NCBI GenBank assembly: GCA_005885405.1
Contig: VAYN01000005.1
Coordinates: 9,819-73,818 of the forward strand
DNA: 64,000 bases
Direction: 5' to 3'
From: Actinomycetota bacterium
Lineage (GTDB): Bacteria > Actinomycetota > Thermoleophilia > Solirubrobacterales > 70-9
A model generated the notes under the pieces. The model ran no database searches. It saw only the letters and a list, made by a program, of their open reading frames with translations, and was not told the DNA's origin. Of this stretch, positions 38,532-49,225 are shown piece after piece. Positions within the stretch are counted from its first letter, which is position 1, and every line of letters starts with the position of its first letter. The position numbers and the translations under genes were made by a program.

Positions 38532-39591
38532 GGACGTCGATCCTAAACTCGCTCGGATGCGCATCGGAGTCCTGACCGCAGGGGGAGACTGCCCCGGCCT
38601 CAACGCCGCGATCCGCGCCGTCGCCCGCTCGGCGATCCAGCAGGGCGACGAGGCGATCGGGATCCGCCGCGGCTACCAGGGGCTCGCCGAGGACGACTAC
38701 GTGCCGCTGGACATGCTCAGGGTCTCGGGGATCCTCCACCAGGGCGGGACGATCCTCAGCACCTCGAGCTTCGAGCCGATCCGCGAGGGCGCGGTCGAAA
38801 AGGTCGCCGCCGCCTTCGAGGAGCAGCGGCTCGACGCCGTCGTCGCGATCGGCGGCGAGCACACGATGGAGATCACCCGCCAGCTCCACACGGACCACGG
38901 CCTGCCGCTGGTCGGAGTCCCGAAGACGATCGACAACGACGTCGGGGGCACCGACTTCACCTTCGGCTTCGACACCGCGGTGCAGGTAGTCACCGACGCG
39001 ATCGACCGCCTCCACACCACCGCCCAGTCCCACGACCGGATCATGGTCGTCGAGGTGATGGGCCGGAACACTGGCTGGATCGCCGCCTACGCCGGCCTCG
39101 CCGGCGGCGCCGACTGCATCGTCATCCCCGAGCAGATCACCACCGTCGAGGAAATCTGCCGCGACGTCACCCGCCGCCACGACCGCGGCAAGGACTTCTC
39201 GATCATCGTCGTCGCCGAGGGCGCCAAGCTCGCCTTCGCCGACGGCGAAGAGCGGCTGATCCAGCCGGTCAAGGAGAGCGACGAATACGGCTACCCGCGA
39301 CTCGGCGGGATCGGGGCGGCGCTGGCGAGCGAGCTCGAGGAGCTGACCGGCTACGAGACCCGCGTCACCGTGCTCGGCCACGTCCAGCGCGGCGGCACCC
39401 CCACCTCAACCGACCGCGTCCTCGCCTCGCTCTACGGCGCCCAGGCCTACGAGCTCGCCAAAGCCGGCGAATTCGGCCGCATGGCGGCGTTGCACGGCCG
39501 CACGATGACCTCGGTGCCGCTGGAGGAGGCGGTAAAGGTCCAGGAGGTCGACCTTGGCGTGCTGGAGATAGCCAAACGATTCTTCACGTGA
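38530..39591 (+). CDS. pfkA: 6-phosphofructokinase (phosphoryl donor not assignable)
   Basis: RIGVLTAGGDCPGLNAAIRAV, VPKTIDND, MGRNTGWIA. GGAGG lies 6 nt before the ATG at 38530; an alternative start is 38557. Confidence 0.9.
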   Translation: MDVDPKLARMRIGVLTAGGDCPGLNAAIRAVARSAIQQGDEAIGIRRGYQGLAEDDYVPLDMLRVSGILHQGGTILSTSSFEPIREGAVEKVAAAFEEQRLDAVVAIGGEHTMEITRQLHTDHGLPLVGVPKTIDNDVGGTDFTFGFDTAVQVVTDAIDRLHTTAQSHDRIMVVEVMGRNTGWIAAYAGLAGGADCIVIPEQITTVEEICRDVTRRHDRGKDFSIIVVAEGAKLAFADGEERLIQPVKESDEYGYPRLGGIGAALASELEELTGYETRVTVLGHVQRGGTPTSTDRVLASLYGAQAYELAKAGEFGRMAALHGRTMTSVPLEEAVKVQEVDLGVLEIAKRFFT

Positions 39592-39595
39592 GAGG

Positions 39596-40423
39596 GTGAG
39601 CGCCATGAACGATCAGCCTGATTTCAAAGCAGCAACCGACGCCCAGCAAACGATGTGGTCGAAAGGCGACTTCGCCGAGGTCGCCCACCTAGTCGTCCCA
39701 GTCGCCGAGACCCTCGCCGCGGCCCTGGAGCTCATCCCCGACGAGCGGGTCCTCGACGTCGCCTGCGGCAGCGGCAACGGCGCGATCGCTGCCGCCCGCC
39801 GCACCTGGACCAAGGCGACCGGTGCCGACTTCGTGCCGGCGCTGCTGGAGCGCGGCCGCGAACGCGCAGCCGCCGAACGGCTCGATGTCGAGTTCGTCGA
39901 GGCCGACGCGCAGAACCTGCCCTTCGACGACGCCAGCTTCGACGTGACGATGTCGATCTTCGGCGTCATGTTCGCCCCCGACCACCAGCAGGGAGCCGGC
40001 GAGCTACTGCGGGTGACCAAACCCGGCGGGCGGATCGGCGTCGCCAGCTGGTGCCCGGACGGCGGTTTGCAGGACTTCTTCGCGGCAATTGTCAAGCACA
40101 CCGGCGGCCCGCCGCCCGGTGCCGTCCCACCCGTCCTCTGGGGGGACGAGGCGCACGTGCGCGAGCTGTTCGGCGACTCCGTCTCCGACCTGCGCTCCGA
40201 ACGGCTGAAGTCACGGCAGGCCTTCCGCTCGGCGGAGCACTACATCGACTTCTTCCGCGACTACTTCGGGCCAATCAAGACCGCCTTCGAGGCTGTCGGG
40301 CCGGAGGGCGAACAGGAGCTCACCGCCGACCTCGAACGCGTCCTCGATGGACTCAGCACGGGCGGCGACAAGGCCCTCGTAGTCGAGCCCGAATACCTGC
40401 AGGTTCTGGCGACGCGCGCTTAG
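39596..40423 (+). CDS. class I SAM-dependent methyltransferase
   Basis: Motif I VLDVACGSGNGAIAAA, in a Methyltransf_11-like layout. Confidence 0.8.
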   Translation: MSAMNDQPDFKAATDAQQTMWSKGDFAEVAHLVVPVAETLAAALELIPDERVLDVACGSGNGAIAAARRTWTKATGADFVPALLERGRERAAAERLDVEFVEADAQNLPFDDASFDVTMSIFGVMFAPDHQQGAGELLRVTKPGGRIGVASWCPDGGLQDFFAAIVKHTGGPPPGAVPPVLWGDEAHVRELFGDSVSDLRSERLKSRQAFRSAEHYIDFFRDYFGPIKTAFEAVGPEGEQELTADLERVLDGLSTGGDKALVVEPEYLQVLATRA

Positions 40424-40599
40424 CGCAGCTCTGAGTTCGACATCGTCGACTGGAGCGTGCGGATCGCGGCGCCGATCAGAAGGACGCCGAAGAAGATCAT
40501 GCCGGCGACGCCGCCGCCCTGTCCGAAGGCTGCATAGCCGATCACCATCGCGGCGATCGCCAAAAAGAGAGTTACGACCATGCCCATATCTCGGCGCAT
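40420..40599 (-). CDS. small two-TM membrane protein downstream of trpA
   Basis: MGMVVTLFLAIAAMVIGYAAFGQGGGVAGMIFFGVLLIGAAI. The start is uncertain (40599, 40587 or 40581). Confidence 0.45.
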   Translation of the reverse strand: MRRDMGMVVTLFLAIAAMVIGYAAFGQGGGVAGMIFFGVLLIGAAIRTLQSTMSNSELR

Positions 40600-40600
40600 C

Positions 40601-41416
40601 CTATTGGATCGACCCGGCGCCGAGCGCGTCGCGGGTCTCTGCCAGAAATGAGCCGACCGCGTCGGCGGCGCCCCGCGGCGATCCGCCCTCGCCGGCGGCG
40701 CGGACGAGGCGGCTGCCGATGATGACGCCATCGGCGATCTCGCCCACCTGCCCCGCCTGCTCAGGCGTGCCGATCCCGAAACCGACCGCCACCGGCGTCG
40801 CCGCCTCGGCCTTCGTCGCCTCGACCAGCTCGGTCAGGGCGGCCGGGATCTCGGTCCTCTCGCCGGTGGTGCCAACGGTGGAGACGACGTAGACGAACCC
40901 TCGCGCCGCCTCGCAGATCTGCCGCCGCCGCTCGGCCGGAGTCGTCGGCGCCAGCAGCGGCACCAGCGCCAGCCCCTCGCCAGCGAACGCCTCCCGCACC
41001 TCGCCGGCCTCGTCGAGCGGCAGATCGGGCACGATCACCCCGGCGGCACCGGCGGCGCTCGCCATCTCAGCGAACTTCCCCGAACCCCCGTGGGCAAGAA
41101 CCATGTTCGCGTAGGCCATGAAGACAACCGGGACGCGATCGGCAACCGCCTCACAAACCTCGAGAGCGGTCCGCAACGTGGCACCCGCTCCCAGCGCCTC
41201 GGTGGCCGCCGCATGGATCGTCGGCCCATCAGCGAGCGGATCGGAAAACGGTACCCCGAGCTCGATCAGGTCCGCACCCGCGTCGGCATAGGCATTTGCC
41301 ACGGCCAACCCCGTCTCCCGATCGGGATACCCGGCCATCATGTACGGCATCAAAGCCGCACGCCCTTCGTCCGCGGCCGCCTCGAAGGCCGCCGCGATCC
41401 GCTCCTCGCCGCTCAT
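40601..41416 (-). CDS. trpA: tryptophan synthase alpha chain
   Basis: [11 protein letters not shown]...[17 protein letters not shown]. The ATG at 41416 overlaps the trpB stop (ATGA). Confidence 0.92.
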   Translation of the reverse strand: MSGEERIAAAFEAAADEGRAALMPYMMAGYPDRETGLAVANAYADAGADLIELGVPFSDPLADGPTIHAAATEALGAGATLRTALEVCEAVADRVPVVFMAYANMVLAHGGSGKFAEMASAAGAAGVIVPDLPLDEAGEVREAFAGEGLALVPLLAPTTPAERRRQICEAARGFVYVVSTVGTTGERTEIPAALTELVEATKAEAATPVAVGFGIGTPEQAGQVGEIADGVIIGSRLVRAAGEGGSPRGAADAVGSFLAETRDALGAGSIQ

Positions 41417-42597
41417 ATGAGCTCGCTCGGGGGTTTCACCCGGGCCGTCACCTCTGCCATGTCCTTGTCGCCGCGCCCGGAAAGGCAAAGCACGTCAAAA
41501 CCGTCCCCCTCCAGCGCGTTCTCCAGCAGCCAGGCGATCGCGTGCGAGGACTCCAGCGCCGGGATGATCCCCTCCAGCCGCGAGAGCTCCTGGAACGCCG
41601 CCAAGGCCTTATCGTCGGTGACCGCGACGTAGCTGGCCCGGCCGCTGTCCCGCAGCTGCGCGTGCTCGGGCCCGACGCCGGGGTAGTCGAGGCCGGCGGA
41701 GATCGAGTGCGCCTCGAGTATCTGCCCCTCCTCGTCGGCGATCACCGAGGAGAGGGAGCCGTGGAGGACGCCTTTGACGCCCCCCTGCAGGGAAGCCCCA
41801 TGGCGCTGGGTGTCGAGCCCCTCGCCCGCCGCCTCGACGCCGACCAGCCCGACCTCGGCGTCGTCGATAAAGGGCGTGAAGATGCCGATCGCGTTGGAGC
41901 CGCCGCCGACGCAGGCGATAACCCGGCTCGGCAGGGCGTCCTCGGCCGCCAGCGCCTGCTCGCGCGCCTCTTCGCCGATCACCCGCTGCAGGTCGCGGAC
42001 CAGCGCCGGGTAGGGGGCCGGGCCGACCGCGGAGCCGATCACGTAGTGGGTGGTGGCCGCGTTGGCGACCCAGTCGCGGATCGCGGCGCTAACCGCCTCC
42101 TTCAGCGTCCGGGCGCCGGCCTCGACCGGGGAGACCTCGGCCCCGAGCAGTTTCATCCTCTCGACGTTGGGGGCTTGGCGACGGATGTCCTCGGTCCCCA
42201 TGTAGACGACGCACTCGAGCCCGAGCAGGGCACAGGCGGTGGCGGTGGCGACGCCGTGCTGGCCGGCGCCGGTCTCGGCGATTACCCGCGGCTTGCCCAT
42301 CCGTGCCGCCAGCAGTGCCTGGCCGACGGCGTTGTTGATCTTGTGGGCGCCGGTGTGGGCGAGGTCCTCGCGCTTCAGGTAAACCCGCGAGCCGACCCGC
42401 TCGGAGAGCCGCTCGGCCAGGTAGAGCGGCGTCGGTCGGCCGATGAAGTCGCGCCGCAGTTGCTCCAGCCGGGCGATGAACTCTGCGTCCTCGCGCGCCT
42501 CGGCCCAGGCGGCCGTGAGCTCATCCAGGGCCGGTATCAGGGTCTCGGGCACGTAGCGGCCCCCGTAGGGGCCGAATCTCTGCTCGATCGCGCTCAT
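41413..42597 (-). CDS. trpB: tryptophan synthase beta chain
   Basis: PLP-lysine region [16 protein letters not shown] and GGGSNAIG. Confidence 0.95.
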   Translation of the reverse strand: MSAIEQRFGPYGGRYVPETLIPALDELTAAWAEAREDAEFIARLEQLRRDFIGRPTPLYLAERLSERVGSRVYLKREDLAHTGAHKINNAVGQALLAARMGKPRVIAETGAGQHGVATATACALLGLECVVYMGTEDIRRQAPNVERMKLLGAEVSPVEAGARTLKEAVSAAIRDWVANAATTHYVIGSAVGPAPYPALVRDLQRVIGEEAREQALAAEDALPSRVIACVGGGSNAIGIFTPFIDDAEVGLVGVEAAGEGLDTQRHGASLQGGVKGVLHGSLSSVIADEEGQILEAHSISAGLDYPGVGPEHAQLRDSGRASYVAVTDDKALAAFQELSRLEGIIPALESSHAIAWLLENALEGDGFDVLCLSGRGDKDMAEVTARVKPPSELI

Positions 42598-43229
42598 GCC
42601 GCTTTGGCGCCGACCGAGTTCGCGGCCTCGAAGAAGGCCGACATCGCTGCGTGGTCCTTGCGCCCGGGCTCGAGCTCGACGCCGCTGGCGACGTCGACCG
42701 CGAAGGGATGGGCGATGGCGACCGCCTCGGCGACGTTCTCCGAGCGCAGGCCGCCGGCGAGGATCGCCGGCACCTCAGAGCGGTGGTTGCGCAAGAGCTC
42801 CCAGTCGAAGCTCTCGCCGGTGCCGCCCCAGGCGCCCTTCGCTCGACGATCGAAGAGGTGGAAGTCGGTTCGGAACGCCTCGGCACCGTGGACGTCGGCG
42901 GCGCTGGCGACGTGGATCGCCTTCGCCACTTTCACGCCCGTCCGCCGCTTTACCTCGGCGCAGAACGAGGCCCCCTCGTTGCCGTTCAGCTGCACCATCG
43001 TCAGCCCCTCGTCCTCGACCGCCCGCGTCACCTCGTCGAGGGTCGGGTTGACGAACACCCCGACAACCTCGCACTTGCGCCGAAAGGCGGCCGCGATCTG
43101 CGTCGCCACGGCGGGGTCGACGTTCCGCGGCGAACCGTGGAAGTGGATCAGGCCGATCGCCCACGCCCCCAGGCGCACGCCCTCGGCCGCGTCATCGATG
43201 TTGGTGATTCCGCAGAACTTGACTCGCAC
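42594..43229 (-). CDS. trpF: phosphoribosylanthranilate isomerase
   Basis: [14 protein letters not shown]... TIM-barrel PRAI pattern. Confidence 0.85.
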   Translation of the reverse strand: MRVKFCGITNIDDAAEGVRLGAWAIGLIHFHGSPRNVDPAVATQIAAAFRRKCEVVGVFVNPTLDEVTRAVEDEGLTMVQLNGNEGASFCAEVKRRTGVKVAKAIHVASAADVHGAEAFRTDFHLFDRRAKGAWGGTGESFDWELLRNHRSEVPAILAGGLRSENVAEAVAIAHPFAVDVASGVELEPGRKDHAAMSAFFEAANSVGAKAA

Positions 43230-43250
43230 AGAGCCAGCGTACGCGAAGAA

Positions 43251-43281
43251 GGGGCTGGACCAAGGAGAGGAGTCCAGCCCC
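43251..43281 (-). terminator. stem-loop downstream of the htrA-like gene (weak intrinsic terminator candidate)
   Basis: ggggctgga / tccagcccc 9-bp stem with a 13-nt loop. On the minus strand it is followed by ttcttcgc, which is a poor U-tract. Confidence 0.4.
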
Positions 43282-43288
43282 GTCTGCG

Positions 43289-44497
43289 CTATTCGGAGGG
43301 ACCTTGCGGCTGCGTCCCCAGGGTGACCTCGGCGGTCTTCTCGTTACCGTCGCGGAGGAGGGTGAGTTGAAGTTCGTCTCCGGGCTCGTGGCCCTGGATG
43401 ATTTCGACGAGTTCGTCCATCGTCTTCAGCGTCTTGCCGTCGACCTCGGTGATGATGTCGCCGCCGAGCCGGACTTCTTCGCCGTTGATCTGCGCTTCGG
43501 TACCACCTGCTTCGATTCCGGCCTTGTCGGCAGGCCCGTCCTTGACCACCGACTGGACGATCACGCCTTCGTCGACCGGAAGGTTCAGCGCCTTGGCAAG
43601 TTCAGCCGTGATCGTGCCACCGCTGATGCCGATGAAGGCGTGTTCGACTTCGCCCGTCGTCTTCAGCTGCTCGATCTCGGCGCGGACCGTGTCGATCGGG
43701 ATCGCGAAACCGATGCCGACGTTGCCGTTGCCGCCGCCACCGGTGGCGATCTGGGCGTTAATCCCGATCACCGCCCCTTCGGCGTTGATCAGGGGCCCGC
43801 CCGAGTTGCCGGGATTGATCGCGGCATCGGTCTGGATCACGTGGGAAATGGAGAAGCCGTTGGGAGCTTGGATGTTGCGCTGCACCGCCGAGACGATGCC
43901 GCTGGTGACGGTGCGGTCGAGGCCGAACGGGTTGCCGATCGCGACCACCGGGTCGCCGACTTCCATCTCGGCGGAGCGTCCCAGCGTCAGCGGGTGGAAG
44001 GCCTTCTTCGGGGCGTCGACCTTGAGCAGGGCGACATCGGTGCCGGGATCAGCTCCGACCACTTCAGCGTCGTAGTTCGTTTCGGAGTCGCCGAGTTTCA
44101 CCGTCACCTTGCTGGCGCCTTCGATCACATGGTTGTTGGTCAGAACGTGCCCTTCTTCGTCGATCACGAAGCCCGAGCCGGTAGCGGTGCCGCCGCCTTC
44201 AGGTTCGACTTCGCCGAAAGGGCTGAAGCTTTCGGTTTCCGGCGCTTCGATCTGGGATTCGATGAAGGCCACCCCTTCGCCGTCGGTCTTGTAGATCTGG
44301 TTGACGACGTTGGTGTCACCGTCGCCCGAGCTGTCCTTAACCGGCGCCGTCAGTGGCGCGGCGACGGTCGTAGTCGAACCTCCATCGGACTCGATCCAAC
44401 CTGCGGCGATTGCGATAAAGCCGAAGACGGCGACGACTAGGCCGCCGAGCAGGGCGGAGAAGAACGGGCTGCGGAGGTTCTGCTTGGGCTTGGACAT
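43289..44497 (-). CDS. HtrA/DegP-family serine protease (trypsin-like S1C domain plus PDZ), membrane-anchored
   Basis: N-terminal TM, catalytic HVLTNNHV...D...GNSGGPL, and a C-terminal PDZ domain. Confidence 0.9.
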   Translation of the reverse strand: MSKPKQNLRSPFFSALLGGLVVAVFGFIAIAAGWIESDGGSTTTVAAPLTAPVKDSSGDGDTNVVNQIYKTDGEGVAFIESQIEAPETESFSPFGEVEPEGGGTATGSGFVIDEEGHVLTNNHVIEGASKVTVKLGDSETNYDAEVVGADPGTDVALLKVDAPKKAFHPLTLGRSAEMEVGDPVVAIGNPFGLDRTVTSGIVSAVQRNIQAPNGFSISHVIQTDAAINPGNSGGPLINAEGAVIGINAQIATGGGGNGNVGIGFAIPIDTVRAEIEQLKTTGEVEHAFIGISGGTITAELAKALNLPVDEGVIVQSVVKDGPADKAGIEAGGTEAQINGEEVRLGGDIITEVDGKTLKTMDELVEIIQGHEPGDELQLTLLRDGNEKTAEVTLGTQPQGPSE

Positions 44498-44572
44498 GAA
44501 AGGCAGGATGCCGGAAACAGGTGTCCGACCCCTAAATGCTCTTGAAATTTTTTCTAAATTCGCGAGGGCCGG

Positions 44573-45379
44573 CTAGACAAGATGTTCCCGCGTGCCCTCT
44601 TCGCCGCCCGCCAGCTTCCTGACCCTCGCTTCGGGTTCGGGGTCGGTCATCAGGGCGCCGCCGATGAGGACCGCGTCGACGCCGACCCGGTCGAGCTCCT
44701 CCAGCTCGCCGCGCCCGGAGATCCCGGACTCCGCGACGACCGTCTTCCCGGCCGGCACGCTCGGCATCAGCTCGAAGGTGGTGTCGATGTCGACGCTCAT
44801 GTCATCGAGGTTGCGGTTGTTGATCCCGATGACTTCGGCCCCGGCCTCCAGCGCCCGCTCGAGCTCCTCGGCGTCGTGGACCTCAACCAGGATGTCGAGG
44901 TCGATCGAGCGGGCCTCCTGGTGCAGCGAGCGCAGGTCCGCGTCGCCGAGGGCGGCGACGATCAGGAGGACAGCGTCGGCGCCGTAGACCGCGGCCTCGT
45001 AGAGCTGGTAGGGGTCGACGATGAAGTCCTTGCGGAGGATCGGCAGGTCGCAGGCGGCGCGGGCGGCCCGCAAGTCGGCTAGGGAGCCCCCGAAGTGCGG
45101 CTCGTCGGTGAGCACCGAAAGCGCCGCCGCGCCACCGCGCTCATAGGCGCCCACCTGCGTCGCCACGTCGACGGCCTCCGGCGCCAGTTGTCCGGCGCTG
45201 GGCGAGCGGCGCTTGAACTCGGCGATCAGGGAGATGCCCGGACGGACGAGGGCCTCGCTGAAGGGGCGATCCTCTCCGCGGGCGGAGAGGCGCGACTCGA
45301 GCTCGCCCTGCGAGACATCGGCGCGGCGTTCCCGGACCCCCTCCCGGGCCCCTGCGATCAGCTGGTCCATCATTCCCAC
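44573..45379 (-). CDS. trpC: indole-3-glycerol-phosphate synthase
   Basis: IAEFKRRSPS...LRKDFIVDPYQ...IGINNRNL. Confidence 0.92.
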   Translation of the reverse strand: MGMMDQLIAGAREGVRERRADVSQGELESRLSARGEDRPFSEALVRPGISLIAEFKRRSPSAGQLAPEAVDVATQVGAYERGGAAALSVLTDEPHFGGSLADLRAARAACDLPILRKDFIVDPYQLYEAAVYGADAVLLIVAALGDADLRSLHQEARSIDLDILVEVHDAEELERALEAGAEVIGINNRNLDDMSVDIDTTFELMPSVPAGKTVVAESGISGRGELEELDRVGVDAVLIGGALMTDPEPEARVRKLAGGEEGTREHLV

Positions 45380-45405
45380 TTGAGCCCCGAAAGCCTAGAT
45401 GACTC

Positions 45406-46434
45406 CTACCCGGCGGGGGCGACGGTGGCCGCCTGCAAGCGCTCCAGCACTTTCGCCGCCGCGCCCGAGTCGATCGCCTCGGCAGCTTTGCCGACTCCTT
45501 CCTCGAGGTCTGCAGCAAGGCCGCCGACGTAGAGCGCCGCGGCTGCATTGAGGAGGACCAGGTCGCGATGTGGGCCGGGCTCGCCGGCGAGGACGGCGAG
45601 GCTGACGGCGGCGTTCTCCTCCGGCGTCCCACCCGCCACTCGGTCGAGCTCAGCCGGGGCGAGGCCGAACTGGTCCGGCTCGACAAACCACTCCGAGGTG
45701 CGGCCGTCGGCGACCTCGATCACGCGGGTGCGCGCGGCCAAGGAGAGCTCGTCAAGGCCATCCTCGGCGGAGACGACCAGCGCCCGCTCGCTGCCGAGGC
45801 CGATCAGCGCCTCGGCGATCGTCTCCTGGTAGCGCCGGTCGGCAACCCCGAGCAGTTGCCGGTTGGCCCCTGCTGGGTTGGTCAGCGGCCCGAGGAAGTT
45901 GAAGATCGTCCGCACCCCGAGCGCTTTGCGCGCCGGCATCACGTGTTTCATCGCCGCGTGGTGCTTCGGGGCGAACATGAAGCCGAAGCCGACCTCGTCG
46001 ATGCAGCGGCCGACCTGCTCGGGCTCGATCTCGATGTTGACCCCGAGCGCCTCGAGGAGGTCGGCTGAGCCGCACTTGCTGGTGTTGGAGCGGTTGCCGT
46101 GCTTGGCGACGGCGCAGCCGGCGCCGGCTGCGACCAGGGCCGCCGTGGTCGAGACGTTGAAAGTCGAGGGGCCACCGCCGGTGCCGCAGGTATCGACGAG
46201 ATCCTCGCGGCTGGTCGGGACAGGCGCCGCCAGGCCGCGCATCGTCCGCGCCAGGCCGACCAGCTCGGGAACCGTCTCCCCCTTCGCCCGCAGCGCGATC
46301 AGGAAGGCCCCGGTCTGGACCGGGTCGGTCCGTCCCTCCATGATCTCGCTGAGCACGGCAGAGGCGTGGTCGGCGGTGAGGTGATCGCCGGCGCAGACCG
46401 CGTCGATCGCGCGGCTGACTACGTCATTTGGCAT
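45406..46434 (-). CDS. trpD: anthranilate phosphoribosyltransferase
   Basis: [16 protein letters not shown]...KHGNRS. Confidence 0.92.
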   Translation of the reverse strand: MPNDVVSRAIDAVCAGDHLTADHASAVLSEIMEGRTDPVQTGAFLIALRAKGETVPELVGLARTMRGLAAPVPTSREDLVDTCGTGGGPSTFNVSTTAALVAAGAGCAVAKHGNRSNTSKCGSADLLEALGVNIEIEPEQVGRCIDEVGFGFMFAPKHHAAMKHVMPARKALGVRTIFNFLGPLTNPAGANRQLLGVADRRYQETIAEALIGLGSERALVVSAEDGLDELSLAARTRVIEVADGRTSEWFVEPDQFGLAPAELDRVAGGTPEENAAVSLAVLAGEPGPHRDLVLLNAAAALYVGGLAADLEEGVGKAAEAIDSGAAAKVLERLQAATVAPAG

Positions 46435-47002
46435 CGGTCGACCCCGCGGCGATGAAGTTGGCGAGGAGGTGCTTGCCCTGCGGGGTCAGGACCGACTCGG
46501 GGTGGAACTGGACCCCCTCAACCGGCAGCGTCTTGTGGCGTGCCCCCATCACCACCTCGCCGAGACTTGCAGTCAGCTCCAGCTCGGCGGGAAGCTCGGG
46601 GTCAGCGACGAGCGAGTGGTAGCGGCCGGCGACGATCGGGCTCGGCAGCCCGGCGTAGATCGACTTGCCGTCGTGGGTGACCTCGGCATCCTTGCCGTGG
46701 ATCGGCTCCCCCTGGACGACGCGGCCGCCGAAGACCTCGACCATCGCCTGGTGGCCGAGACAGACGCCGAGCACCGGCGTCCCCACCTCGCCGAAGGCCT
46801 TGATCGCCTCACCGGAGATGCCGGCCTCGGCCGGGGTGCAGGGGCCGGGTGAGACGACGAGGCGGTCGGGCTTGCGCTCGAGCAGCTCCGCCACCGTCGC
46901 CTTGTCATTGCGCACGACTTCGACCTCCGCCCCCAGCTCGCCCAGGTACTGGACGAGGTTGTAGGTGAAGGAGTCGTAGTTGTCGATGACGAGGACGCGC
47001 AT
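46424..47002 (-). CDS. trpG: anthranilate synthase component II (glutamine amidotransferase)
   Basis: [24 protein letters not shown]...GVCLGHQ...HPES. The start was set at ATG 47002; the track ORF extends upstream through the trpE end. Confidence 0.9.
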   Translation of the reverse strand: MRVLVIDNYDSFTYNLVQYLGELGAEVEVVRNDKATVAELLERKPDRLVVSPGPCTPAEAGISGEAIKAFGEVGTPVLGVCLGHQAMVEVFGGRVVQGEPIHGKDAEVTHDGKSIYAGLPSPIVAGRYHSLVADPELPAELELTASLGEVVMGARHKTLPVEGVQFHPESVLTPQGKHLLANFIAAGSTDAK

Positions 47003-47006
47003 CCGC

Positions 47007-48569
47007 TCAGGTCCAGTCCGGCTGTTCGCAGGCAACCTCGACCGCGCGGAAGACGGCGCGGGCCTTGTTGACCGACTCGGTGTACTCGTAGCTGGGCTTC
47101 GCGTCGGCGACGGTGCCGCCGCCCGCCTGGACGTGCAGCTGCCCGTCCTTGACGACGACGGTGCGGATATGGATCGCGGTGTCGAGGTCGCCGTTCCAGG
47201 AGAGGTAGCCGACGGCGCCGCCGTAGCCACCGCGCTTGATCGGCTCGAGCTCGTCAATGATCTGCATCGCCCGTACCTTCGGGGCGCCGGAGAGAGTGCC
47301 CGCCGGGAGCGCCGAGCGCAGCACGTCCATCGCGCTGACCCCGCTTTTGAGCTTGCCGGAAACCTGGCTGACGATGTGGAGGACGTGCGAGTAGGTCTCG
47401 ACCACCATCAGCTCGTCGACCTTGACGCTGCCGTACTCGCAGACGCGGCCGAGATCGTTGCGCCCGAGGTCGACCAGCATTACGTGCTCGGCTCGCTCCT
47501 TCGGGTCGTTGATCAGGCGCTCGGCGAAGCGACGATCCTCGTCCTCGTTGCCGCCGCGGGGCGAGGTGCCGGCGATCGGGCGGGCCTCGACCCGGTCGCC
47601 GATCACCTTGACCAGCGGCTCGGGAGAGGCGCCGGCGATCTGGAAGTCACCGAACTCGAGGAAGTACATGTACGGGGAGGGGTTGACGGCGCGGAGGCCG
47701 CGGTAGACGGAGAAGGCCTCAACCGGGGCCGGGGCCGAGAAGCGCTGCGAGGGGACGACCTGGAAGGCGTCGCCGGCATGGACGTACTCAACAATGCGGG
47801 AGACGGCCCCTTCGAACTGCTCTCGGCTCATGTTCGACTCGAACTGCGGCGGCTCGGTGACCGAGGGTCTCGCCGGAGCGGGCACGGGCCCCCGCAGCCG
47901 CTCGCGCATCTCGGCGATTGTCTGCGCCGCCCGCTCGTAGGCCTCCTCCACTACGCCGTCCTCCTCGACGAAAGCGCAAGCGAGAATCGTCAGCTCGTGG
48001 CGCAGGTGGTCGAAGATCACCATCGCATCGGTGACCATCAGCGCCATGTCGGGCAGGCCGAGCGGGTCCGGGTTCGGCTCGCCGAGCGGCTCCACCGTGC
48101 GCACCAAGTCGTAAGCGAAGAAACCGACGGCACCGCCGGCGAACGGCGGCAGCCCCGGCACCGGGGCCGGCTCGTAGCGCTTCAGGCGCGCGGCAAGCGC
48201 CCCGTAGGGATCGGGCGCCGCCTCGGCATGGCTCGGCTCGTCGCTCGGGCTCGACCCGCCACTCCACTCGGAGAGCACGCCGTCGCTCCAGCGCAGGAGC
48301 GCCCGCGGCCGCAGACCGACGAATGAGTAGCGCCCGACCTGCCCTTGCTCAGCTGACTCCAGCAGGAAGCACGGCGCCCCTTCGGGCTCCCCGGCGCGCA
48401 GCTTGAGAAAGGCGGAGACCGGCGTCTCGCAGTCGTCGACGAGCCGCGCCCGCACCGGCACGACGTTGCCCTTGGCCGCCAGCTGCCGCGTCTCCTCCAG
48501 GCTCGGCTCCAGTTGCAGCTCGCCCAGGTCGGGCGCTCGCACCCGTGACTCGCTAGCCGCTACGCGCAT
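47007..48569 (-). CDS. trpE: anthranilate synthase component I
   Basis: Chorismate-binding C-terminal motifs ([17 protein letters not shown]-like GGGTVADA). Confidence 0.92.
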   Translation of the reverse strand: MRVAASESRVRAPDLGELQLEPSLEETRQLAAKGNVVPVRARLVDDCETPVSAFLKLRAGEPEGAPCFLLESAEQGQVGRYSFVGLRPRALLRWSDGVLSEWSGGSSPSDEPSHAEAAPDPYGALAARLKRYEPAPVPGLPPFAGGAVGFFAYDLVRTVEPLGEPNPDPLGLPDMALMVTDAMVIFDHLRHELTILACAFVEEDGVVEEAYERAAQTIAEMRERLRGPVPAPARPSVTEPPQFESNMSREQFEGAVSRIVEYVHAGDAFQVVPSQRFSAPAPVEAFSVYRGLRAVNPSPYMYFLEFGDFQIAGASPEPLVKVIGDRVEARPIAGTSPRGGNEDEDRRFAERLINDPKERAEHVMLVDLGRNDLGRVCEYGSVKVDELMVVETYSHVLHIVSQVSGKLKSGVSAMDVLRSALPAGTLSGAPKVRAMQIIDELEPIKRGGYGGAVGYLSWNGDLDTAIHIRTVVVKDGQLHVQAGGGTVADAKPSYEYTESVNKARAVFRAVEVACEQPDWT

Positions 48570-49200
48570 TCAGCACCTCCATCACCTTCGCCTGCGAGAT
48601 CCCTCGCGAAGCCAGCAGCACGCTGAGGTGGTAGAGGACGTCGGCGGCCTCTTCGGCGACCCGCTCGTCGGTCTCTTCGCGGGCAGCGCGGACGACCTCC
48701 TCCGCCTCCTCCTCGACCTTCTCGCCGATCAGCTCACGGTCGTCGAGCAGGGTCACGGTGTAGCTGCCGTCGGGTCGCTGCAGCGCCCGGTGGCGGATCG
48801 TCCGCTCCAGCGCCGAAAGCGCTTCGAAGGTGACCGGGAACGGCTCGCCGGGAGCCGCCGGCGCATCCTTGCGCGGAGAGGCCGAACCGAGGACCTCGCG
48901 GTAGAAGCAGCTGCGCTCGCCGGTGTGGCAGGCGGGCCCCGCCGGATCGACCAGGGCCACAAGGGAATCGCCGTCGCAGTCGTAGCGGAGCTGGCGCAGG
49001 TGCATGAAGTTGCCCGAGGTTTCGCCTTTCTTCCAAAGTTCGTCACGGGAGCGGCTATGAAAGTGGAGGTCACCGGTCTCCAGCGTCATCTCCAGGGACT
49101 GGCCGCTCATGTAGGCGAGCATCAGCACCTCGCCAGTGGCGAAGTCCTGGACGACGCAGGGCACCAGACCCTGCTGATCGAATTCGATTTCGGCGAACAT
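48553..49200 (-). CDS. hisI: bifunctional phosphoribosyl-AMP cyclohydrolase / phosphoribosyl-ATP pyrophosphatase
   Basis: HisI region (SRSRDELWKKGETSGNF...CDGDSL...CHTGERSCF) followed by a HisE helical domain. Confidence 0.9.
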   Translation of the reverse strand: MFAEIEFDQQGLVPCVVQDFATGEVLMLAYMSGQSLEMTLETGDLHFHSRSRDELWKKGETSGNFMHLRQLRYDCDGDSLVALVDPAGPACHTGERSCFYREVLGSASPRKDAPAAPGEPFPVTFEALSALERTIRHRALQRPDGSYTVTLLDDRELIGEKVEEEAEEVVRAAREETDERVAEEAADVLYHLSVLLASRGISQAKVMEVLNARSG

Positions 49201-49225
49201 CGGGGGAATCGTAAACGCCGGGTCC

